64,000 bases of DNA from Pseudomonadota bacterium (GCA_036832975.1 DAITQM010000007.1:14465-78464), one strand, 5' to 3'. Positions 9,298-17,189 are shown, numbered from the stretch's first letter. A program made the numbers and translations. The notes: generated by a model not told the origin, from the sequence alone.

Positions 9298-9410
9298 TGA
9301 GCTTGAATCTAAGTTATTGAATTTGGAGGAATATTCTATGCAAGTTAAAAAATTATACACCAGAAGAAATGTTTATGGCATATTACTTTGGAGTATAATT
9401 GTAATTGAGC
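9298..9410 (+). other. attI-like region, type 1, copy 2 (core mutated to ATTGAGC)
   Basis: Near-colinear copy of 6535-6646 (ccattgagYttgaatctaagttattgaatt...atggYatattactttgg). The core G is mutated. Confidence 0.55.
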
Positions 9411-9566
9411 GGCGCTCGCGCTCCCTCGCTTCGCACCGCTTAACGGATCGGGCGCCGGCGCCGGCGCCGGTGAAGGTGTCGCTAGCGGGGGACGAGGCGG
9501 CATAGTATGATTACCGGGTTGATCATAAGCTGATGAAATTACCGGATGCCGGGGAGCGCTCGCGCC

Positions 9567-9681
9567 GCCTAACCGGCGCTGGAGCGGACACCGCTTCTCG
9601 GCCAAGCCCCGTGCTAGCGGCGCGAGAATCCCTTTTCGCGCGCTGCGAGCGGGGTGCCGCTCAGCGCCCGATCCGTTAGGC
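9567..9681 (+). other. attC site (115 bp)
   Basis: R'' GCCTAAC (9567-9573) and R' GTTAGGC (9675-9681). Arms cggcgctggagcggacaccgc / gcggggtgccgctcagcgccc. An extra orphan R''-L'' arm, GCTTAACggatcgggcgc, sits at 9438-9455. Confidence 0.75.
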
Positions 9682-9720
9682 ATCGGTTCGGCAAAGTAGA
9701 GTAGAACGGACAGCGATGAT

Positions 9721-9942
9721 ATGAGCGCCAACAAAACAGTCTTAGACATGAATGATGACGAACTTTTACAGGGTTGTCGACGGACAGCAGAATGCACTCA
9801 ATTTTGGCACAACGACTATTATCGCGAGATAGAGCGCCGAACTCAAAATAGGCACACTAGAGCAATGATTTGGTTGACCGTAGTGATTGGTGTGTTGACA
9901 TTTGTTGCTACCGCTGCAACGGTTATCGGGGTAATAAAATAA
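9721..9942 (+). CDS. Small tail-anchored membrane protein, hypothetical (cassette 5)
   Basis: 73-aa ORF with a C-terminal TM helix IWLTVVIGVLTFVATAATVIGVI. Low-G+C codon usage like neighbouring cassettes. Confidence 0.45.
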   Translation: MSANKTVLDMNDDELLQGCRRTAECTQFWHNDYYREIERRTQNRHTRAMIWLTVVIGVLTFVATAATVIGVIK

Positions 9943-10031
9943 GAGTCATTGATAGACTGTAGTTGAATAGCTGGATCAACTTTAGGAAGCCGATCGAGGA
10001 CAGTCACCATCACCGTCACCCCAACGAGCCG

Positions 10032-10139
10032 ATCGAGCGGCTCGCGGCCGCACAGCCAGGCCTGGCGGACGCAGCGCGAGATGCAGTGGTAAAAGCCCGG
10101 CTGGCCGGGGGTGACGATATGGGCGCGGGGGTAGGTCAT
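10032..10139 (-). pseudogene. Y1 (IS200/REP-associated type) transposase N-terminal fragment
   Basis: Minus-strand MTYPRAHIVTPGQPGFYHCISRCVRQAWLCGREPLD matches the conserved N-terminus of Y1 transposase-like proteins as I recall it. The reading frame loses similarity after about 36 aa. High-G+C patch inside a low-G+C cassette. Confidence 0.45.
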
Positions 10140-10279
10140 GGGGGCATGGTGCCGGATCTGCTGGCGTGGCTGTATCGGCCGAGGGCGCGTCAACGTGTAG
10201 GCCGGGGCCAACGGGGGTTGTCAGCGGGGGCTGACAGAGTCGTGACAACAGAATCATGACTGTCCCGAATCGGCTTCAC

Positions 10280-10430
10280 GTTCGCCGGCGCTGCGCGCCG
10301 GCGAACGGAGCGGCGATATGCGGCTTATAATGATAGTAACCGGAATGACGGAAATACCATCGAGCACAGGAGGCTGCGCATGACGATTGCTTCTTCGTTC
10401 AAGGCAATGCTGGCGCGCAACGCCGTCGAA
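10280..10430 (+). repeat. 151-bp repeat, copy 1: ORF-less cassette carrying hairpin, TATAAT box, SD and short-ORF start
   Basis: The first 77 nt are identical to 11462-11538 and the last 52 nt nearly so. Contains GTTCGCC/GGCGAAC forming an 11-bp perfect hairpin, TATAAT at 10326-10331, AGGAGG at 10368-10373 and ATG at 10380. Confidence 0.85.
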
Positions 10431-10507
10431 CCAGCAATGATGCCCCCATCGGGGAACGGGCATCGAGCCCGTCCCCCGATGGGCCGCATATCGCCGCTCC
10501 GTTGGGC
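10300..10507 (+). other. Unusually long attC-like site (208 bp) making up almost all of cassette 6
   Basis: R'' GGCGAAC (10300-10306) is the exact complement of the cassette start TTCGCC (10281). Arm ggagcggcgatatgcggc (10307-10324) pairs with gccgcatatcgccgctcc (10483-10500). R' is GTTGGGC (10501-10507). Confidence 0.6.
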
Positions 10508-10538
10508 ATCAGAACCGAGCCATTGGACTCTCTCATGA
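10380..10538 (+). CDS. Short ORF (52 aa) spanning the cassette 6/7 junction, stop overlapping the next gene's ATG
   Basis: AGGAGG, 6 nt, then ATG. Product MTIASSFKAMLARNAVEPAMMPP.... The TGA at 10536-10538 overlaps the ATG at 10535 (ATGA). The first 17 codons are conserved in the second repeat copy. Below the 60-aa track cutoff. Function unproven. Confidence 0.35.
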   Translation: MTIASSFKAMLARNAVEPAMMPPSGNGHRARPPMGRISPLRWASEPSHWTLS

Positions 10539-11398
10539 TGGAATCGAATAACAGATCCAGTCCCCTTCCGCTCAGTCGTAGAGTTCTTTACGGGATTACA
10601 GACTGGGCGCTACTTGGTGCGGGGCTTGCCAATCTTGCCGTCGGCACCCTCTCGGCATTGAATGATTCCGCAGCGATAGCTGCAACGTCCCTCGCAGCAG
10701 GTCTCGTGCTTCTATTTGCCGCAACCATTGATCGCTTTGAGTCATTGAAGGGGCTTGGTATCGAGGCGAAGACTAAGCAACTCGATCAAAAGATCATCCA
10801 AGCCGATGACGCATTGCGACGTCTTCGTGAGATGACTGAGATCACGGGGGCGGCACTGATTGATCTAAACAGCAAGATGGGCCGATGGGACTCTGCTCCC
10901 GGGGCGCGAGAGACGATCGCTCTCGCCGATCGCGTCAGACAGATAATGAAAAATTTGGGGTCCAGCGATGACGTTATCACTTCCGCCCTACGTCCTTGGG
11001 CAAAGACACTTTGCTTTGACATGGCTATCGCGCAAACGCATGGATTAAGAGGACTACTGCAAGCCCGTATAAGTTCGCTGGAGGCCGAACGTCAGAAGAT
11101 CAAGCAGCCAATCCAGCCAGATGATCCACTCTTCAATCAGCTAACTACCCAAATTCGGTCAATACAAGAATTTCAGGGTTCTCGACTCAAGGATCTGCGT
11201 CGACTGGAACTTGAAGACTATCCGCACCGATTCATGGAAATATTTGACGACGTTCCACAGATCGACCCGGTCGAAATAGACAGTCTTCGCAAAGCTGCGG
11301 CTCGCTTTGCTCCTGGCATGTCTTCTCTTCGTGAATCCAGGTCATTGCCGGACCCAGAGTTGTGGATAGATGCTCTCAGCAAAGCGCGGGAACGCTGA
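10535..11398 (+). CDS. Hypothetical protein with two N-terminal TM helices and a long helical/coiled-coil domain (cassette 7)
   Basis: TM segments ITDWALLGAGLANLAVGTLSAL and AIAATSLAAGLVLLFAATI, then a heptad-rich region. I recognise no family motif. Cassette start TTGGGC (10502) matches R'' GCCCAAC. Confidence 0.55.
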   Translation: MMESNNRSSPLPLSRRVLYGITDWALLGAGLANLAVGTLSALNDSAAIAATSLAAGLVLLFAATIDRFESLKGLGIEAKTKQLDQKIIQADDALRRLREMTEITGAALIDLNSKMGRWDSAPGARETIALADRVRQIMKNLGSSDDVITSALRPWAKTLCFDMAIAQTHGLRGLLQARISSLEAERQKIKQPIQPDDPLFNQLTTQIRSIQEFQGSRLKDLRRLELEDYPHRFMEIFDDVPQIDPVEIDSLRKAAARFAPGMSSLRESRSLPDPELWIDALSKARER

Positions 11399-11399
11399 T

Positions 11400-11468
11400 G
11401 CCCAACCCTGCGGTCAACCGGACCTTGCACATAAAGCCGCGCAAGGCCGGTTACCTTGAACGTTCGCC
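11400..11468 (+). other. attC site (69 bp) of cassette 7
   Basis: R'' GCCCAAC (11400-11406) is the exact complement of TTGGGC. Arms cggtcaaccggacc / ggccggttacc, the same attC family as 7189-7257. R' is GTTCGCC (11462-11468). Confidence 0.75.
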
Positions 11469-11612
11469 GGCGCTGCGCGCCGGCGAACGGAGCGGCGATA
11501 TGCGGCTTATAATGATAGTAACCGGAATGACGGAAATATGATGGAGAATAGGCGGCTTCGCATGACGATTGTTCCTTCGTTCAAGGCAGCGCTGGCGCGC
11601 AACGCCGTCGAA
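11462..11612 (+). repeat. 151-bp repeat, copy 2 (3' attC arm missing; fused to ttctagttatac)
   Basis: Same hairpin, TATAAT (11508-11513) and short-ORF start (ATG 11562; 18 codons MTIVPSFKAALARNAVEF). The stop TAG ends exactly on the G of the GTTATAC core (11618-11624). Confidence 0.85.
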
Positions 11613-11637
11613 TTCTAGTTATACGGCTTAAATCACT

Positions 11638-12485
11638 ATGCCATCAGCAACCATCAAATTATTTCTGGTCAATGGTGACCCCAAAAGGCTTCGAACCGCT
11701 GAAATTTCTAATTGGAGTGGTAAGGCTGTTGCTGGGCCTCGTAGTGAGTTTGATGGCATATTGGCGCGGAATGAATCTTTTCAAGCCGGTATATATCTAC
11801 TTGCGGGTACTGATCCAGAAACTGGTAAGCCAGCACTTTATGTTGGTGAAGGGGAATGTATAAAAGACAGAATAAAGGCTCATCTTTCAAAGGATTTCTG
11901 GAATCAAATTATTTTCTTTGTTAGTAAAGACGAAAATTTAACCAAATCACACATTCGCTATCTAGAAGGCCGGCTTATTGAACAAGCCTTAAAAGCTAAA
12001 CGCTGCATTGTTACAAATAACCAAAATAGCGGGGCTAAGCTTCCAGAGTCTGACAAAGAGGATATGGAAGTATTTTTAAGTAAAATTTTCCAATTGTTAC
12101 CAGTATTGGGTGTTGAGTTACTTGTTTCGGTATCTGAAAAATCCCCAACAGATAAAAAGGAAAGAGAAATACTTTATTGTGAAATTAAGGGCATAAAAGC
12201 TAAGGGTCACCTGGTTCCAAATGGATTATTAGTACTGAAAGACTCTGAGGCGGTGTTTAAAGAACGGCCATCTGTAGAAAAATATCCATGGCCTAAAAAT
12301 ATGAGAGATAAATTCCTGGAGGAGGGAACTCTTATTGCGGATGGTGACAGGCTTATTTTACTGAAGATGTAGAATTTTCAAGTCCAAGTGCAGCAGCAGC
12401 TGTAATTCATGGCGGACATGCTAATGGACTCACTGCTTGGAAAAATAAGACGGGTGTAACACTGAAAGAAATGGAAGCCGGATAA
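11638..12485 (+). pseudogene. GIY-YIG nuclease with C-terminal DUF4357-like domain, interrupted by a frameshift near 12345-12352 (cassette 9)
   Basis: GIY-YIG motif GIYLL...LYVGEGECIKDRIKAH. Frame 1 stops at 12372. The conserved tail TEDVEFSSPSAAAAVIHGGHANGLTAWKNKTGVTLKEMEAG continues in another frame to TAA at 12483-12485. Could be a true frameshift or a sequencing error. Confidence 0.65.
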
Positions 12486-12557
12486 CATGTCATTCCACCG
12501 GACAAAATTTCCGCTGCTTGCGCAGCTCAATTTTGCCGGTGAATTCCGGCGTTAGAC
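12480..12557 (+). other. attC site (78 bp) of cassette 9
   Basis: R'' GGATAAC (one mismatch to the complement of TTATAC). Arms cattccaccggacaaaatt / aattttgccggtgaattc. R' is GTTAGAC (12551-12557). Confidence 0.75.
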
Positions 12558-12560
12558 GGC

Positions 12561-14441
12561 ATGATTGAGGGTGTCACGATGATGGAGGCTTTTGACGAGA
12601 AGCGGACATATATGATACCTGCGACGAACCGCGTGACTGTAACTCGCACTGGTTGCCTATCTGAGTTCTCTCGGCTGATCGCTGTAGTTTTGGTTATAGC
12701 TGTTACGTCGTCTGCCAGTTTTGCGTGCGATTCCCTGGAAGCTTGTATTGCCCAGTATCCGGAAACGGCAGTAGGAGACCACGGGATCGGACAGGCAGAA
12801 GGTGACTTGACTCGCCGAGTTCAGGCTTACGGCCCAGACGCCATTCCCCATCTGATTCGACTCCTTGAACATGAGAATGCGGCTGTGCGGCGGCTGGCCG
12901 GATACACGATACGGGGCATCGACGGTCTCGCCCCTGAACACCTTGAACCGCTAATGAGGGCGAGGGAGAAGGGAGACGGCTGGATACCGCCAGCTATCGC
13001 CAGGATCGGTACGCAGGAGGCGATCGAGTTCTTAGTGGATGACCTCCGCAAACATCCCCAGAAGCATACACAAGTGACCTACGCTTTCGAAATACTCGGA
13101 GCGAATGGAGCGCCGTTTATAGCAGAATTGTTTGCATGTGCTGACGACTGCAATGAAAGAGTGTTCGATGTGGCATCCTTCGTGCTGGGCGAACTAGGCG
13201 AGGATGCCCTTGCCGTTATCCCGCGGTTGCTGGAAATAGCCGACAGCGATCAATTCACGCTGGCCGGCAGGCGGTATGCGATTGTCGGCATCGGTCAGAT
13301 CGGTTCCAGCGCAGAACCGAATGTCCCAGCATTGTTGGCTTTGCGCCAGGGGGAGCCGCTCCTTGCATCAGCCGTCAATCTCGTGCTACTTCAGATAGGA
13401 TCCCCAGAAGCCGTAGCTTCATTGCTTCAAGCACTGCCACGCGACGCAAAGGATGTGTTACCGGAGATCAGGAGTCTTGGCAAAAACGGCTACGATGCAG
13501 GCCCTGAAGTGCTCGCCTATCTCAATGATCAGGACTGGGACATTAGAGTGGCTGCGGCTGATACTCTAGGACACATTGGATACTCACCAGCGTCATCTGC
13601 CCTCGCAAAGATGCTAACTGACATCGATGACTGGAAACTCGTCTACGCTGCGAGTTTATCCTTGGGGCGCTTGAGTGCGGATGAGTTCCTTGAAAACTTG
13701 GAAAGTGTTCGAAATACGCACTGGTATCCACCAGTCCGCGATATCGCTGATTCCGCGATTCAGCATATCCAGACCGGTCAGGCGATGGATGAAGGGGAAT
13801 GGTGGCACTTGAGCACTGTTGAAAACAGTCCGGAGACATGCGATGCGGTGAACTACCGGACCGTCGACGAACCGGAAGGTACGAAACTATATGCAATTGA
13901 CAATAGCGAAAAGTTGAAGCTTTTGTCATATAAGACTGCAATTTATTCGTACGGTGCGCCGGAAGGAACAGAGCCGAACGAACAAGGGATTATCGAAGTT
14001 ACTGTTAAGAATGTGGTTGAACACGTGGAGTATGTTCAGCAGGTGCCCGACCTCGCATTGAAAGTCCCTTGCGGGTGGCTAGTTGGTGCGGACAGAGGCG
14101 AGTGGGGCGGTGAACTCGTTCACATCCCTACAAAAGGCGATAGTTATGTCCTGTATGACGGGAATGTGGAGGACGTCTTTCACCTTGGAGATCAAATTGT
14201 CGCGCCCGCGGGGTTGGCCCATATGTTCAGCAATCAGGGCGTATTACTGAGAATCGTCGAGGACGAGAACGGACGGTTCACGGCAACTCCGTGGAAACGA
14301 CTCCCCGGCGCACCGGCATCGTCATGGCTCATTGAGGGGAGTAAGCTACTCGTGAACACATATGGCGGAGGCAGTATCGTGGTCGATGGTGACGGCACAA
14401 TGCGCATGGCAGAATGTGCTCCTGATCAGACCAGCGAATGA
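12561..14441 (+). CDS. HEAT-repeat (PBS-lyase-type) putative lipoprotein with an uncharacterised C-terminal domain (cassette 10)
   Basis: Hydrophobic leader ending in the lipobox-like SASFAC. Repeated HEAT-like units (ENAAVRRLAGYTIRGI; DWDIRVAAADTLGHIGY; AIPHLIRLLEH). The C-terminal 200 aa or so are beta-rich with no motif I recognise. Confidence 0.6.
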   Translation: MIEGVTMMEAFDEKRTYMIPATNRVTVTRTGCLSEFSRLIAVVLVIAVTSSASFACDSLEACIAQYPETAVGDHGIGQAEGDLTRRVQAYGPDAIPHLIRLLEHENAAVRRLAGYTIRGIDGLAPEHLEPLMRAREKGDGWIPPAIARIGTQEAIEFLVDDLRKHPQKHTQVTYAFEILGANGAPFIAELFACADDCNERVFDVASFVLGELGEDALAVIPRLLEIADSDQFTLAGRRYAIVGIGQIGSSAEPNVPALLALRQGEPLLASAVNLVLLQIGSPEAVASLLQALPRDAKDVLPEIRSLGKNGYDAGPEVLAYLNDQDWDIRVAAADTLGHIGYSPASSALAKMLTDIDDWKLVYAASLSLGRLSADEFLENLESVRNTHWYPPVRDIADSAIQHIQTGQAMDEGEWWHLSTVENSPETCDAVNYRTVDEPEGTKLYAIDNSEKLKLLSYKTAIYSYGAPEGTEPNEQGIIEVTVKNVVEHVEYVQQVPDLALKVPCGWLVGADRGEWGGELVHIPTKGDSYVLYDGNVEDVFHLGDQIVAPAGLAHMFSNQGVLLRIVEDENGRFTATPWKRLPGAPASSWLIEGSKLLVNTYGGGSIVVDGDGTMRMAECAPDQTSE

Positions 14442-14485
14442 CCGTTCTTCACCGAAAGCAGATATTGCAGAGGAGCGCATATGTC

Positions 14486-14582
14486 GCCTAACGACGTTGC
14501 AAGTGTCGTATGATCAGCTGCCCACTTTTGCTGTCGCAAAAGCGGCCATCGCCTCAGAAGCACCTGAACGTGGACGTTAAAT
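14486..14582 (+). other. attC site (97 bp) of cassette 10
   Basis: R'' GCCTAAC (14486-14492). R' GTTAAAT (14576-14582) fits GTTRRRY. Arms gacgttgcaagtg / cacctgaacgtggac. Confidence 0.65.
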
Positions 14583-15045
14583 GGCACGCATGAAACATAC
14601 CCCGCACGGGTTCTGGCGCCACGGAAAAGATTTTCTTTCTGCTGCAGATGCTGTAAAGCCCCCGTCGGAGAAAATAAGGATAATGGATGGGGTGTCGATG
14701 GTCGCTTACTATTTGGTTGGCCACACAATCGAGCTCACGTTGAAGTCGTATCTGTTTGCAAAAGGGTACACGCTGTCAGATTTGCGTAATCCGAAAAAGT
14801 TTGGACACAGTATATCGAAATTGCTGGATGAATGTCGGAAACGGAAAATCGGGCGAGAGGTAAAACTCAGTAAAGCAGAAATTACAGCGATTCATTCGCT
14901 CAATGATGAGTACAAAACAAAGAGATTTGAATACATTGAGTATGGCATGTACCGCCTTCCGGACTATTTGTTCACGCGGGGTGTAGCTGAAAAGCTGGTC
15001 AATGGGCTTCAGCGATATGCCATGAATCCGCCATTTAACAAGTGA
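14581..15045 (+). CDS. HEPN-like domain protein (putative RNase/toxin module) (cassette 11)
   Basis: All-helical 154-aa ORF with the pattern AYYLVGHTIELTLKSYL and an Rx6H motif (RNPKKFGH) with N after R, as in HEPN domains. The ATG overlaps the R' core of the preceding attC. The assignment is by motif only. Confidence 0.4.
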   Translation: MARMKHTPHGFWRHGKDFLSAADAVKPPSEKIRIMDGVSMVAYYLVGHTIELTLKSYLFAKGYTLSDLRNPKKFGHSISKLLDECRKRKIGREVKLSKAEITAIHSLNDEYKTKRFEYIEYGMYRLPDYLFTRGVAEKLVNGLQRYAMNPPFNK

Positions 15046-15202
15046 AAGCAGGCGGACGAGCTAAAATGTGCGCCTCTGTTTGAAGGTCTCCGTATACCTA
15101 TCTGAGTCGCCAATTTGGACCTGCAAGTCTGCTCAACTTTGGAGTGCGCCAATAGCTTCAGCAACTAGGTGGCTGCTCTCGGCACTATCCTCAGGACAAA
15201 TC

Positions 15203-15243
15203 GGGGACAGTCATCATCCACAAGCGGAATCTTGACTGTCCCC
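15203..15243. repeat. Inverted repeat GGGGACAGTCA - 19 nt - TGACTGTCCCC at the break of intI stub 3
   Basis: Perfect 11-bp arms. The GGACAGTCA core recurs at three other rearrangement junctions in the island. Confidence 0.7.
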
Positions 15244-15248
15244 AGCCT

Positions 15249-15403
15249 TTACATTTCCCTGGGGTGTCGCTTGTGATTGAACAGAATGAAGCGCCGCACC
15301 TTGTCGGTGTAGCATTTTTCAGTCCGGATGCTGTAATGGTGCGCCCGGATGGAATCTCGAAGGCGGTCAAGCAGCTTTTGGGGCTTTTTGCTTCAGTCAA
15401 CAC
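15249..15403 (-). pseudogene. intI: intI N-terminal stub, copy 3 (different lineage; frameshift in an A-run, truncated after about 45 codons)
   Basis: Minus-strand KKPQKLLDRLRDSIRAHHYSIRTEKCYTDKVRRFILFNHKRHPREM then a stop: the classic IntI N-terminal motif. The start (GTG/TTG at 15403) is in a different frame. Confidence 0.7.
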
Positions 15404-15517
15404 AGATTGGGTGAGCGTAACTCATTGATTGGTAGGAAGAATTTGTGCTATGATGTGTATTTATACACCATTTAACATTTTTTATCAACCATTTTTGGTG
15501 TCGAATTCTAGTTAGAC
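15404..15517 (+). other. attI-like region, type 2, ending in core GTTAGAC
   Basis: AT-rich spacer between intI stub 3 and the next cassette. Palindromes gtgtatttatacac and acacca...tggtgt. Core GTTAGAC at 15511-15517. The next cassette's R'' is GTCTAAC. Confidence 0.5.
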
Positions 15518-15530
15518 CGACGAGAACCCG

Positions 15531-16031
15531 ATGGCTCCGAAATCAACTGAAACCGTGGAGTCTTGCCCCGAGTGCGGAGCGTCAGTACTCAGCGGCCGTG
15601 CAGGGTGCCAGCGGTTGTTCGACGAAATCCTGGCGCGTGAATTCGGCGACTACAGGTACGCCGGCGAGCACCGCTTGATGGTGGATGTTTACTCCCTCCA
15701 GCATCCTGCAGAGTACATGCGGTCGGCGAAGTCGTATGCGGCGCACCTTACCGGAATGTACGCGGCGCTCGAACTCAGTGGCACGTCCGAGGTGAATCGG
15801 GCTGTCCAGACATGGCTGAACGGGCCCCAGACCTTCCAACGCCCAGACAATCCTGGGCCGCTGCGGCGGGGAGTGCTCACGATCGTCCACATCCATGAGG
15901 CAAGAGAGCCTGAAGAGCACGTTCGCCGGGTCCGCGAATGGGCGCAGTCTGTTTGGGAGGCTTGGCGCGGCTACCATCATGTGGCCAAGCAGTGGATTGA
16001 GGAAGCGACTGCACGTCTGCGGGCGGTCTAA
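15531..16031 (+). CDS. DUF5946-like protein with N-terminal Cys cluster (cassette 12)
   Basis: CPECGA...GCQRLFDEIL followed by a helical region. The family assignment is from memory. The R'' box overlaps the stop codon. Confidence 0.5.
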   Translation: MAPKSTETVESCPECGASVLSGRAGCQRLFDEILAREFGDYRYAGEHRLMVDVYSLQHPAEYMRSAKSYAAHLTGMYAALELSGTSEVNRAVQTWLNGPQTFQRPDNPGPLRRGVLTIVHIHEAREPEEHVRRVREWAQSVWEAWRGYHHVAKQWIEEATARLRAV

Positions 16032-16125
16032 CAGGCCGTTGCAGACTGACGAGCGGCGCTGGCAGGTCAAGCGGGATTGAGACGAGTCGAAGCGCCGCTC
16101 GCAGCTGAGCGGCACGGCGTTAGCT
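16026..16125 (+). other. attC site (100 bp) of cassette 12
   Basis: R'' GTCTAAC (16026-16032) is the exact complement of TTAGAC (15512). Arms ggccgttgcagactgacgagcggcgc / gcgccgctcgcagctgagcggcacggc. R' is GTTAGCT (16119-16125). Confidence 0.8.
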
Positions 16126-16156
16126 GCGCAAGTACTCTACTCAGGAACATAGAAAG

Positions 16157-16783
16157 ATGTATGTCCCGAATCATTTTAAAGAAGAAGACCAAGACAAGCT
16201 TCAACAGTACATTCGAGATTATGGATTTGGGCTGCTCGTCATCGCAGACGAAAAAGGGATTGAGGCCAATCACGTACCCTTTCATCTGAGTTCTGGGGCA
16301 AACGGCTCTCTTGGTTATCTTCAGTGTCACCTGGCCCGCAGTAATCCAGTCTGGCAACGTATGCAGGGCGGAGTTCGAGTGCTTGTAGTTTTTCAGGGGC
16401 CAGATGCTTACGTTTCACCCTCATGGTACGCAACCAAGGCCGAGACAGGCCGGGTCGTCCCAACATGGAACTATCTAGCTGTCCATGCACAAGGTAACGC
16501 CCAGATTATTCAGGATCCAAGCTGGTTGAAACGTCATCTCCATCAGCTAACAGACCAACATGAGTCGCAAATGGTCGCCCCTTGGTCTGTGGACGATGCG
16601 CCGACGGATTTCACTGAGCGTTTGGTACAGGCTATTGTAGGCGTAGAGATCAAAATTGAAACTCTGACGGGTAAGCTGAAAGCAAGTCAGAATCAGCCGG
16701 AGAGGAATCGGACCGGTGTCAAAGCTGGCCTCATGACAGGAGAAGGATCGCAGAACCGTGCCATGGCCAAGCTCATCAGCTAA
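16157..16783 (+). CDS. paiB: FMN-binding negative transcriptional regulator, PaiB family (cassette 13)
   Basis: MYVPNHFKEED...ANHVPFHL N-terminus and the PTWNYLAVHAQG motif are typical of PaiB. Confidence 0.75.
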   Translation: MYVPNHFKEEDQDKLQQYIRDYGFGLLVIADEKGIEANHVPFHLSSGANGSLGYLQCHLARSNPVWQRMQGGVRVLVVFQGPDAYVSPSWYATKAETGRVVPTWNYLAVHAQGNAQIIQDPSWLKRHLHQLTDQHESQMVAPWSVDDAPTDFTERLVQAIVGVEIKIETLTGKLKASQNQPERNRTGVKAGLMTGEGSQNRAMAKLIS

Positions 16784-16855
16784 CCAGGGGCTGTTGTCGG
16801 ACGGTTTTTCCGTCGCTTCGGTCCTCCAAAACCGCCGCAAAGCTCGGCGTTATGC
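16778..16855 (+). other. attC site (78 bp) of cassette 13
   Basis: R'' AGCTAAC (16778-16784) is the exact complement of TTAGCT (16120). R' is GTTATGC (16849-16855). Confidence 0.75.
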
Positions 16856-16907
16856 CGCAGCAAAGAGCCTGGTTGACATGTCATATATGGTATAGTCATA
16901 ATATGGT

Positions 16908-17189
16908 ATGTGGCGCATCGAAGAGCACCGCCGGGTAGATAGGCAGGTTGCAACGATTCCGAAGGATATTCTGAAGCGATATGAGAAATGGAAAGATATC
17001 GTGACAATATCCGGTCCACCTGGACTTCGGCTTATTCGGGGGTTCCATGACGAGGCGCTATCGAGTAAGTGGCGTGGGTATCGGTCATCCCGGCTTGGAC
17101 TTCAGTGGCGTGTTATATACCGTGTAATTCCGGAAAAGCTGCTGTTCCAAGTGGCATCGATAACCGCCCATGACTATCGGAGGCCTTGA
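16908..17189 (+). CDS. RelE/ParE-superfamily toxin (toxin-first, HigB-like gene order) (cassette 14)
   Basis: 93-aa basic protein with the WRVIYRV and ITAHDYR motifs. It overlaps a downstream XRE antitoxin. Confidence 0.65.
   Translation: MWRIEEHRRVDRQVATIPKDILKRYEKWKDIVTISGPPGLRLIRGFHDEALSSKWRGYRSSRLGLQWRVIYRVIPEKLLFQVASITAHDYRRP

Noticed and set aside
10254-10463. Track ORF 10254..10463 (-) antisense to the 151-bp repeat.
   Set aside because: It is not conserved in the second repeat copy and has no ribosome-binding site. It covers the attC arm and hairpin.
15191-15403. Track ORF 15191..15403 (-), 70 aa, considered as a real small gene.
   Set aside because: It is the wrong frame of the intI stub. 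The adjacent frame gives the conserved IntI N-terminal motif but lacks a start, indicating a frameshifted pseudogene.
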